Source: Podospora anserina | Lineage: Eukaryota | DNA: 64,000 nt | NCBI GenBank assembly: GCA_017654855.1 | Contig: CM030333.1 | Location: 3,162,001-3,226,000, forward strand | Direction: 5' to 3' | Shown: positions 12,828 through 23,762 of the stretch, piece after piece | Position numbering within the stretch: position 1 is the stretch's first letter | Layout: each line of letters starts with the position of its first letter | Notes under the pieces: model-generated | What the model was told of the DNA's origin: nothing | Databases searched by the model: none | The model's input: the letters and a program-made list of their open reading frames with translations, nothing else | Program-made: the position numbers and the translations under genes

Positions 12828-15091
12828 TCACCAAGTCCTTGATTCCAAACGCTCTTGCTTTGGTGTCCCCAGCCAAAGAGCAGGTCTACCTGCTGAATCC
12901 TCGATGTCACCATGTTTGCTCCTTTCGAGTCGCACTGACACTTTCTTCGCCTTTTGCTCCAACTTGTCCACGCCATCCCCGATACCTCCGATATCCTGTC
13001 GCGTCTCGTCATCCAGTGCGCAAAGCGTCGCCAGACTTGAGCTCTTGATCACCTGCACACGCGACATGTACGTCGCTGCGACAGTCAGAACGAGAAACAG
13101 GGTTGTCAACACCAGTTGCGTAGTAAGCATGCCCATCCACTCCCATCGAATTCTGACAAACGCCTGAGGGGCGTATACACTGCCCTGGACAACGCTTTCA
13201 GGCCTGGACAGCCGAGTCGTACCCGCTCTCACACTGCGTATTTTGTTAGCGAATATCGAACATAGTTATGGGCAGATAACGTTACTCACAGGTTTGTCAT
13301 CGAGCGCGCCGCATTGGTCATCACAGTCTGGATATCGGCGAGTCGCTTTTCGGGAGGAGGTAACTCGGTTGTCAAGAAGTCTCCCAGCAGAGAAAAGGCA
13401 AATGCCTTAGCTGACCCTCCACCGTTCGAAGCAACCACCCCTCGAGTTCTATCCATCAGCAACGAGTCCAGCATTGTCGACGCTAGTAACATGGACGCCG
13501 TTAATGAAGTCCAAACGTTTATCGTAAAGTCGACAGAATCCTCCGCATTCGGTGGCCTTTCCAAGGTGAATTCGGCCCCCCCATAAGTGTCGTTACACTG
13601 GCCCGTGGAATAGCAAGGATAGAACTTGGGGTCCCATGCCACATTCAGTGTGTTGTTTAGTTCACTGGTGACCTGCGATAAGGTCGAGACTTCTCTTGTC
13701 ACAGACTGACCCTGGGTGACTTCTGTCTCATATGTTTTGGTACACCACCAGAACGCCAATTCCAAGTACTTGACCTTTGACATCATCTCAGTCAATGCGT
13801 CAGCGTCAGAGGAAGTGCTAACCATCTCTTCTGTATAAGCAATGAAACTGTCGCTGACGATCAAATCAGTTACCGATTGGTTGAATGCCCCGGTGGGCTC
13901 GTCCAACAATCCAATAATGACGGGAAACACCTTGTCGATGGCGGTGTAAAAGTTCCCGTAACCAGCTGAGCCCGCTGTGATGTTGCTGGTCTGAAGAAGG
14001 AGTTGAAGACGCTTTTCAGTTGTCTTTCTGAGACGGTCGTGGAGCGCAGGGTTGTTGACTGTTGACAGGTTTGCCACACCACCACAAACGGCAAGACTTC
14101 CGTAGGCTGGCCAGATGCAGTCACCAGATGAGCAATTAGCTCTCAGTTCCGTCACTCTCTCGGTGGAAGGGGTAAAGAACCCCTCGAAGATGGCTCGCTG
14201 CTCTCGCAGAGTGTCGTACGGTGCTACAAGGTTCACCTTCGTTAGCCCATGTTCACTTTTAGTTGCTACGGCTTGCTCTGAACTTACTAAGAGCCAACAT
14301 GTTTCCATCATAGGTTGAAAACGTGGTCGCTCTGTCCACGGTGGCGGTATCGTTGGCCTGAAGTGACAGGGCTTTCCGTACATCGTACGTTATGGCTTGC
14401 TGGGTAAGTGTCGATGTGAAGAGACCGCTAAGCATAATCAAGGCACCAAATGAAGCAAGTATCCTGCATGTTCTCTGACATCAGCATGCAGTCTGAACGA
14501 TTTTCATCACGGGGATAACTCACCCCTTGAATCCGACTAGCAGCCGCACGCCGCCAATTCCACCCCTCATCGCATCATCGAACACTTGGAAATCAAGTAG
14601 CGGTCGGTGTTTAGCTGGCCGACCGACAGGAGACAGAAACCAAATCCATTTCAGCTGTGCCAAACCCTCCGCGATGGGTACCAAAAAAGCCACTTTGGCT
14701 AGGGATGTCAAGAAGGCTAGGATGGTGTTTAGAGTGACGCCCAGATACATCTCCTCGGAGGGTCGGTTGTCAGCACGCCACAAAAGAACGAATATAGCTG
14801 CTCGAGCGTCAGCTGATATGGAAGTCTTGACACAGATTCTGAGTCTCTTTACCTACCGATAAGACACAGCATTCCGCCCAGCTGGGCCAGTATTTCCGGT
14901 AACCATCTTCTCAACTGGATCGAAGAGATTACCTTCGTCCCTGGCTCCTCCCCATCACTGGTTCTCGTATAGCACTCTAACCTCACTCTGGTGCTGGTCT
15001 CCTGCTTCGAGAATTGGTGTTCCTGCGAAGGTTCTGCCGGAAATTCCAGCCAAGATGTTTGTCCACCTGAGAAGACGCTTGCGCTCGCCAT
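12828..15091 (-). CDS. DUF3176-family membrane protein (multi-exon)
   Basis: GVTLNTILAFL...EGLAQLKWIWF...DFQVFDDAMRG motif, CSSGDCIWP, C-terminal VRIRWEW + TM + KSSSLATL; joins ORFs 14849-15115, 14520-14783, 14259-14441, 13286-14383 and 12828-13232. Confidence 0.82.
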
Positions 15092-16501
15092 TTTTGAGCG
15101 GTTCACGGATGACACTGAATTAAAGAAGGTTCAACATCAACATCCACCTCGTGCACCACATAACAATATGGACCGTTCCTAATAAACGCATTATCATATA
15201 CTACCATTGAATCGACCGTTGAAACATTGACGACCTTCTCCAGGCATACCACTAGGCTGCAGACTACCTATTTCCGGACCCTGTTGTGCTCTCAAATCGG
15301 TGCTTCGCCTCACAGGCAGACCTTGTGTGATGTAAACTCGCCAATCGCTACCGACCCTTCCGACGCACCAGCGACTCTTCCACAGACATACTTGGGCTCT
15401 TCCTACCTACTTGTCCACTGAACGAAAATCTTTTCAGCCGTCCATACCTCTCAATCACTCAAGCTCAGCGACCCAGGACATGCCGTCTTGGCGATTGATA
15501 GACCTGCTTTGGATGCCTTCTCTTCCCCCCCGTAGCAACGATCGACGGCAAGGCACACCAGCCGAATCAAGGCGAGGACGAATGCTGATTGGCAGAGTGC
15601 CCGAGTTTGGTCCTGCATGGCACTCACTTTATTCTGGCCGTCTTACTTGCATCTTGGAGGTGAGCATGCCAGACAGTCACTGACTGTAGGTGGCCATTCT
15701 TCCAATCCCACACCACCCTCTTGGCATTTGCTAACCACATGCGCGCTTTGAGGCTTTCCTCCACTCAGCTTACACAATCGCCAATCTGACTTGCAGGAGG
15801 TTCACAAAATTCCCACGCGGTCTGAGCCGCTTGTGTCTAGCTTGCACATCCTTGCTCTTTTGACACTCCTTCAAGCAGCGAATCAACACCACGTTCGCTC
15901 CCATCTGCCTTTCCTGGGACCGCCATTGACGATCATCCGAAGTCAGACCTTCTTCTTGTGCCCCGCGTTCCCAGTTTCCCTTCCCCACATTCCCCGGGAT
16001 CAGCTTCCGGTTCTGGAAGGTTGCATCGGAGCGAGTACCGCTGCTGAGCCCTTTTGCCCGGTAGTTTGACTACGTGACCGGAGATCTTGCTGGTGTAATG
16101 GCTCCTTGGCGGCTATTGGTGTAGTATGGTGGTGGAAAGAACCCGCTGAATCTGGGTTTAGGACGGTTTCGCAAACTTGAAGAGTGGTATCGCCGAAACG
16201 GCGTGCCTGGATGATTGGGTGAAGCAATGATGCGGCGGCATCGGGGCGGTTTGCATGGCGGGTTGGACGACGATGTGGTGCCCCGACAATTACTCCGATT
16301 TCTTCTACTCAGATGGAAGGGACAGGGTGATGTCTTGAGTATAAAATCCCTGGTACGGCCCCCTTACTTGGTGTTTTATTGTCTCAGCCAGTCGAGGATT
16401 GGAGTCCGGAAGCATAACAGTCACTCTATATCAACCCACCCCCTCCGCTTCAGTTGCTCGTGTCGCCGCCGTTGTCTCTTCACTCTTGATAAATCGTCAA
16501 A

Positions 16502-17113
16502 ATGAAGGCCTTCACCCTCCTCGCCCTCGCGGGGTCAGCTCTCGCCCTCCCAGCCAGCACCGGCGTCCTCGAGCAGAGACAGTCCGCGGTCCAAGTCACC
16601 GACGAGCTCATGTACGGCATCAGCCTCCCCGCGTTCACCGCCCGCCGCAACGCCCGCAACCCCCCTACCCTGGACTGGACCTCTGACGGCTGCACTTCCT
16701 CCCCTGACAACCCGCTCAACTTCCCCTTCGTCCCCGCCTGCCACAGACACGACTTTGGTTACCACAACTACCGCGCTCAGAACCGCTTCACGGAGAGCGG
16801 CAAGCTCAGGATTGACAATAACTTCAAGACTGAGTATGTTGAGCCCTTGCAGACTGAATTTGTAGGACATGTTGCTAATGAGTTCGTGTTTAGCTTGTAC
16901 TACCAGTGCAGCACTGTGTCTCTATCTGGCGTTTGCAGGGGTCTTGCGGATGTGTATTATGCTGCTGTGAGGGCTTTTGGTGGCGGTGATGCTACGCCGG
17001 GCAAGCGGGAGACTCATGATGAGCTGGTGAAGGAGTATGAGGAGAAGTTGGCGATTTACAACGCGCTGGTTGCTCAGGCGGAGGCGGATGGGTTGATTCC
17101 TGCTCAGGCTTAA
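16502..17113 (+). CDS. Secreted phospholipase A2, fungal/bacterial (group XIV) type
   Basis: Signal peptide, DWTSDGC and CHRHDFGY (His-Asp) motifs; 60-nt intron 16834-16893. Confidence 0.92.
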   Translation: MKAFTLLALAGSALALPASTGVLEQRQSAVQVTDELMYGISLPAFTARRNARNPPTLDWTSDGCTSSPDNPLNFPFVPACHRHDFGYHNYRAQNRFTESGKLRIDNNFKTEYVEPLQTEFVGHVANEFVFSLYYQCSTVSLSGVCRGLADVYYAAVRAFGGGDATPGKRETHDELVKEYEEKLAIYNALVAQAEADGLIPAQA

Positions 17114-17371
17114 GCTGGCTGAGGGTGGTGGGTTATGTGCCCGGGGAGGAAATGTACTTCAACGTGTATGATTTATGATTTTGGATGAATGAAAAGGCCC
17201 GTCCGCATCATTTTGTGAATATCTGTTGTCCGTATATTCCAAAACCTTATAGCTACCTTACAGGTATCGTTTGTATTCTAGGAAACCCAGTTCAGGGAGT
17301 ATGCAATAACCCAGTTTTAGCACAACAGATCTCCGGGAAACATCCCTTTTCAAGGCAAAAAAAAAAAAAAA

Positions 17372-17590
17372 GCCGAAGTCAGACAAGAGTGATGTGCTCA
17401 ATCTGAACATGCAGACAATCAATTCAAGGGAAATGTGATGCCGATTCGAGAAGAATTCTCTGCCAAATTCTGAGGTGAATTTCCTTACGGTATCTCTACA
17501 TCCACCCGTGAGAGAGCGGTGATCTGATCATTCTTTTGCATTGTGTCAGGCAGCCTGGCCTGCGGCACAACAGAAGGTGTATCACCCACA
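17372..17590 (-). ncRNA. Candidate structured ncRNA, unit B (unidentified)
   Basis: Nested complementary segments with G-U pairs favouring the minus strand, ending at T15 (A15 at 17357-17371). No family motif recognised. Confidence 0.3.
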
Positions 17591-17648
17591 CCGCGCATTG
17601 GAGAAATATAAGATTGTAGCCCTAAACGTCCGCCAAAAAAAAAAAAAA

Positions 17649-17910
17649 CACCACCGCCCCCGCGACTTGCCAAAAAAGCTCCCACCTCGTCCAGCGCCGC
17701 CGGCGGTCTGCCCCCACTGTATCCTTCCCCCTCCCATATCATTCCTTGCTCTTGCCTAATCTTCAGTCAGCACAGTGCTGTGATGAGTGGTAAGTCAAAT
17801 TCGGATCAATCACGGTACAAAGTCAATTGGGGGTTTGGGACACCGGTGGAGGTCACCGCACGCGCAGCGCGCGAGGACGAGGTGGGCGCGGGGGAGTTCT
17901 GGGAGGCCAT
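17649..17910 (-). ncRNA. Candidate structured ncRNA, unit A (unidentified, Pol III-like layout)
   Basis: TATATAAA at 17947-17940; perfect 12-bp inverted repeat 17681-17692/17875-17886 plus further nested stems; T6 (17672-17677) and T14 (17635-17648) downstream on the minus strand. Confidence 0.4.
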
Positions 17911-18846
17911 TTTTATTTCGAAAAAAAATCGAAATTCTTTTTATATAATAATGAAAATTGTTGGAGAGGCTGAGCGATTAATGGGAGAGTTGGTGGAGTT
18001 TCCAGAGACCAGAATTCAAGATTTAATGTGAGGCTGGAGGAAGAAAAGGTGAAGATTGAGTCTGGAAACTTGGAATATTTACAATATCCAACTATGCATC
18101 AACTTCCCTCTTGCCGCCGCTGCCATGCCGGACAGTAGGATTCCGTGACGTGACATGAGTTGGGAAATAACCATCCAACCGGTCACTTACCTTTAACTGA
18201 GATATTCTAAGTGTAATATGCGCATATGCTAGCTGAAGCGGAAGGGGTGATTTCCCTGATTGTTTTGTGGTACTACTATTACAACTGGTGTCTTTTCTTA
18301 ACCCCGTTAAGGGCCCTCGAGGACCCCCACAAGGCTGTGATTGTTTCGTCCCGGTGCCACGCGTGCCGTGAGGTCCGTCGCGCTGGAGTGGATGCGCCCA
18401 TCCCACCGATTCCTTTGTCGGTTTTCTCGCTGTTCATGCAGCTGACCAACCAATTCGCGGTCCAAAACATGTCGTGGTAGTGGTGTGGAAGCGCAACCCA
18501 AGAGGCGGGTGATTGGCCATGGACGCATGAGAGTCCACGCAGCTGAAGACATGGTGGGGAGCTGACGCTCGTGTGGCTGCGGCTGCGTTGCCGCCCAAGG
18601 CGTCTTCGCGCCCAGCCCGCGGGCTAAATGCTGAACAGTTACTCTTTATCAGTTATCCTTGCGGTTCTTGTTCTTGCAATTAAATCCAGATGCCTTTCCC
18701 TCGGGCGACGCTAGGCATTTGATGCTCCCTGATCCAATCCGTAGCCGTCGAACCTCCACAGAATCCCGCGATCGGACGAACCGACGCAGCTGATCGACAT
18801 CCAAATCCACAGTCGTCCTCGAAAAGGCCCAGCCGATTATCTCACA

Positions 18847-21800
18847 ATGGATGCCCAGGCAGCTACCGAGCCCAGAACTCATAGCGACTACACTGTGGGA
18901 TGGGTCTGCGCTCTGCCCAAAGAACAAACCGCGGCGACAGCTATGCTAGATCACAAGCATGTCGATCTTCCGAAACCACCCAATGATCACAATACGTATA
19001 CCCTAGGATCCATCGGCAATCATAATATCGTCATAGCCTGCCTGCCTAAAGGCGAGATCGGAACAAATTCGGCGGCGACTGTCGCGACCTCGATGGCCAA
19101 CGCCTTTCCGTCCATTAAGATCGGTCTAATGGTTGGCCTCGGCGGCGGTATTCCACCCAAGGTTCGGCTTGGCGATGTTGTGATCAGCTCACCAGTGGGC
19201 CAGTATCCTGGGGTGGTTCAGTGGGACTTGGGCAAGGCGAAAGAAGGGGGCAAGTTCGAGCGGACTGGGTCGCTAAACAACCCACCTGCCTCGCTCCGCA
19301 CTGCCTTAACGAAACTGGAGACCGAACATGAAATGAGCGGATCTAAGATACCTCAGTATCTAGAGGATCTAAAACGCAAATGGCCAAGGCTGGCGCTGAA
19401 GTACGCCAGCCGTGATCACCTTGAGGACCCTTTCGGCGTACCGGACGATCCACCTCGCAGCCAAAAAGCAATCCAGGGCCTTCCTTCCATGGAGTCTGGG
19501 GCCAAGCAAGTGGATGAATACTGCGGTTGGTGGAGATGGCGGGAAGCTGCGAAATATGCGTGTGCATTACGGTCTGATCGCATCCGGTAACCAGGTCATT
19601 AAAGACGCTACGTTCCGAGATAGGCTCGACGAGGAGTTTGGTGGCTATGTTCTCTGCGTCGAAATGGAAGCGGCGGGACTAATGAACAACTTCCCGTGCA
19701 TTGTCATCCGAGGCATCTGTGACTACGCAGATTCGCACAAGAATAAAGATTGGCAGGAGCACGCGGCAGCCGTAGCTGCAGCATTTGCGAAGGAGCTTTT
19801 GCAATATGTGCAGCCAAGTGAGGTTGTCGAAGAGCGTCCGGTAAAGGATATATTAGAGCAAGGTTAGTTATTCTCCGGTCGGGGTCACTGTATATGTTTT
19901 AATAATAGGTGTAGTTCACAAAGAGATATCCGCAACTCGAGAAGACGTCACCCAGATCAAATCCAAATTTCAGAAAGAGGAAGATAAAGAAGTCCTCGAC
20001 TGGCTCACGACAATCGACTACGGTCCGCAGCAAAGCGACTACCTTAACAGACGGCAACCAGGAACCGGGCAATGGCTCCTTGACTCAGAAAAGTTCAAGG
20101 GTTGGCTGTCCGCCAGCAATCAGACACTCTTCTGTCCAGGTATCCCCGGGGCGGGAAAGACGATCTTAACGTCAGTCGTGCTTGACCACCTCGGTTCCAA
20201 GTTTCACAACGACCCGAAGATCGGCATCGCATACATTTACTTCAATTTCCAGCGGCAAGACAAGCAGAAGATTGATGACTTGCTGGCGAGTGTGCTGAAA
20301 CAGATAGCCGAGAGCCAACCCTCTGTTCCAGGAAGCGTCAAAGATCTCTTTGACAAGCATAAGGCCAAGCGGACGCGGCCATCACTTGACGAAATCTTGA
20401 GAGTTCTCCAGTCCGTGGCGGCGACGTGTTCGTGTGTCTTTATCGTTGTTGATGCACTTGACGAATGCCAAACATCCGAAAGCTGCCGGGAGAGGTTTCT
20501 CTCCGAGCTTTTCAACCTACAGAAAATGCATGGAATAAATATCTTTGCGACATCGAGGTCTATCATGGAGATTGTTGATCGCTTCAAAACCAGCATATCA
20601 CTGGAGATCCGTGCAAGTACCGCCGATGTGGCACAATATCTAGAAGGTCACATATCGGAGTTACCATCTTTCGTCCAACAGGACCGGCGGCTGCGAGAAG
20701 AGATTACGGCGGGGATCTCAGAAGCCGTCGATGGAATGTATGTACAGAACTGTAGGGAAGAGCAGCACAGGCACTGACAGTTGCAGGTTTCTCTTGGCAC
20801 AAATCTATCTTAATTTGCTTTATGATAAGATGACACCGAATGATATTCGAAGCACATTGGAAGTCTTCCGGAACCAAGGGCAAGGCCGAGACGAGATCCA
20901 GAAGGTCGGGGCACTAACCAGTGCGTACAACCAAGCAATGATGAGAATCAATGGGCAGATGCCGGGTTGCAAGAAGCTTGCGATGGAGGTTCTGACATGG
21001 ATCACGTGTGCGAAGAGACAGCTTACCACGTTAGAACTCCAGCACGCCCTCGCAACCAAGCCGGGAAAGTCCGAGCTTGACGACGGAGACTTGCCATGCA
21101 TCGGAGACATGGTCTCTGTATGTGCTGGACTGGTAACGGTCGATGAAAACAATGGCATTATCCGGCTGGTTCATTACACAACGCAAGAATATCTTGAGGG
21201 AACACGGTCGCGATGGAATCCGAACGCAGAATTGGCGATCACGACAACCTGCGTTACCTACCTCTCATTCACCGTCTTTGAGACCGGGTTCTGCACAACG
21301 AACCGTAAGCTTAAGGAGCGGTTGCAGTCAAACCCGCTCTACGATTACGCCGCGCGCAACTGGGGGCATCATGCACACAAGGCTGCAACATCGAGTCAAG
21401 TGGTTATTCACTTTCTTGAGAGTAAAGCTAAGGTCGAAGCATCAAGTCAGGCGTTGATGGCCACCAACTGGAGCCGATCATACCCAATAGGCAGTCAACA
21501 TGTTCCAAGGAATATGACGGGACTACATTTATCAGGATACTTCGGAGTCATCGAGGCCGCAGATGAACTCCTCAGGAGTAGACCCGGTCCAGATCTGAAA
21601 GATACCTGCAGAAGAACGCCGCTGTGGTATGCTGCCCAAAACGGGCACGAGGCCGTTGTTAAGAAGCTGCTCGCAGCAGGAGCCGACGTTAATACTGCTG
21701 CTGCTTCTTTTGATGGCCGGACGGCGCTCCAAGCGGCAGCTGGACGAGGCCATCTTAAGGTGATCGAGAAGCTACTCGCAGCGGGAGCCGACGTTAATGC

Positions 21801-23188
21801 TGTTGCTGCTACTTCTGGTCGCTGGACGGCGCTCCAAGCAGTAGTTGCTACTTCTGGTAGCTGGACGGCGCTCCAAGCAGCAGCTAGAGGAGGCCATCTC
21901 GAGGTGGTCGAGAAGTTGCTTGTAGCGGGAGCCGACATTAATGCTGCTGCTGCTACTTCTATTGATGGCCGGACGGCGCTCCAAGCAGCAGCTGAAGGAG
22001 GCTATCTTAAGGTAGTCGAGAAGCTGCTCGTAGCGGGAGCCGACGTTAATACTGCTAATTCTTCTAATGGCCGGACGGCGCTCGAAGCAGCAGCTGGAGG
22101 AGGCCATCTCGAGGTGGTCGAGAAGCTACTCGCAGCGGGAGCCGACGTTAATACTATTGCTGCTACTTCTGGTCGCTGGACGGCGCTCCAAGCAGCAGCT
22201 GAAGGAGGCCATCTCGAGGTGGTCGAGAAGCTACTCGCAGCGGGAGCCGACGTTAATGCTGCTGCTGTTACTTTTGATGGCCGGACGGCGCTCCAAGCAG
22301 CAGCTGAAGGAGGTTATCTCAGGGTGGTTAAGAAGCTGCTCGTAGTGGGAGCTGACGTTAATGCTGCTGCTGCTACTATTGATGGCCGGACGGCGCTCCA
22401 AGCAGCAGCTAGAAGAGGCCATCTCGAGGTGGTCGAGAAGCTGCTCGTAGCGGGAGCCGACGTTAATACTGCTGCTTGTTCTAATGGCCGGACAGCGCTC
22501 CAAGCAGCAGCTAAAGGAGGCTATCTTAAGGTGGTCGAGAAGCTGCTCGCAGCGGGAGCTGACGTTAATGCCACTTCTTTTAATGACTGGACGGCGCTCC
22601 AAGCAGCAGCTGGAGGAGGCCATCTCGAGGTGGTCGAGAAGCTACTCGCAACGGGAGCCGACGTTAATACTGTTGCTACTACATTTGGTAGCTGGACGGC
22701 GCTCGAAGCAGCAGCTGAAGGAGGACATCTCGAGGTAGTCGAGAAGCTGCTCGCAGCGGGAGCTGACGTTAATGCTACTTCTTTTGATGACCAAACGGCG
22801 CTCCAAGCAGCAGCTGGAGGAGGCCATCTCGAGGTGGTCGAGAAGCTACTCGCAGCGGGAGCCGACGTTAATGCTGCTACTGTTACTTTTGATGGCTGGA
22901 CGGCGCTCCAAGCAGGAGCTAAAGGAGGCTATCTCGAGGTGGTCGAGAAGCTACTCGCAGCGGGAGCCGACGTCAATACTATTGCTGCTACTTCTGGTAG
23001 CTGGACGGCGCTCGAAGCAGCAGTTGAAGGAGGCCATCTCGAGGTGGTCGAGAAGCTGCTCGCAGCGGGAGCCCGACATTAATACTGCTGCTGCTACTAT
23101 TGATAGCCGGACGGCGCTCCAAGCAGCAGCTGAGAAAGGCTTCCTCGTGGTGGCGAATCGACTCAAGGCAGCCGGCACATTGAGATGA
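18847..23188 (+). pseudogene. Fungal NLR: PNP_UDP (nucleoside phosphorylase) - NACHT - ankyrin repeats; two +1 frameshifts as sequenced
   Basis: [43 protein letters not shown] (PNP); GIPGAGKT Walker A near 20139; IVVDALDEC Walker B; introns 19863-19914 and 20738-20786; ANK array from about 21600. Frame changes near 19440-19515 and at 23072. Confidence 0.85.
21670..23140 (+). repeat. Tandem array of about 14 highly similar 99-108 nt ankyrin-coding repeats
   Basis: Recurrent GGAGCCGACGTTAAT...ACGGCGCTCCAAGCAGCAGCT...GGCCATCTCGAGGTGGTCGAGAAGCT core. Confidence 0.95.
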
Positions 23189-23762
23189 CAAGAGTATATA
23201 TTCATATGTCCTTTGTCGCACAGCTTGTTTCTACACTTTGCAGAAATGCTGATGTCGACTTGATGTATAGCTTTAATCGGACACTTCGGTGGTAGGCTGC
23301 TACGAACAGTCAAAAGACGATCGTTACTAATCAAATCGATAAAATGATGGACTTCTCTCCACATTCTAAGTCCTCTATACTTTTGTTATTATTCGTGATA
23401 CAAGAGGGGTCTGGGGCACGGTGCCAATCTTTAATGCTTTCATCTCTTCTACAGTCTTCTAGATTATATTTACGTTAGTCCGCTTGGATGGCGTTCTCGC
23501 TCCGTATAATAATACCTACAAGTGGCGTCGCGGGCTGATGCTTCGGATGCACCCCTGTATAAAATGCGCCCCACGACGTCACAGGGACAACCTCAATAGT
23601 ATGGTAACTATTTCGATACTTTCCTCGTCGTAGTGCCTAGCTTTAACCAGTCTTATAAAGTTTTCGAAACCTGTTCCTTAGTGTTTCCAAGACTTTAACG
23701 CGGCTTTCTCGCTGTACTAGACAAGCCTAGCGAAGAAAATAAATAAGTACTACCAACAGACA

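Noticed and set aside
16834..16893. PLA2 read as a single 203-aa exon
   Set aside because: GTATGT...GCTAAT...TAG defines a 60-nt intron that happens to be in frame and stop-free.
17357..17947. Identity as SRP, RNase P/MRP, U3 or a C/D snoRNA
   Set aside because: No SRP helix-8 stem with GNRA loop and no P4 pair; GTGATGA at 17780 has no CTGA at a suitable distance.
18185..18192. ACTTACCT resembling the U1 5' end
   Set aside because: No U1 stem-loops or Sm site follow.
21670..23140. Conserved repeat with variable spacers resembling a CRISPR array
   Set aside because: In-frame ankyrin coding repeats in a eukaryote; no cas genes.
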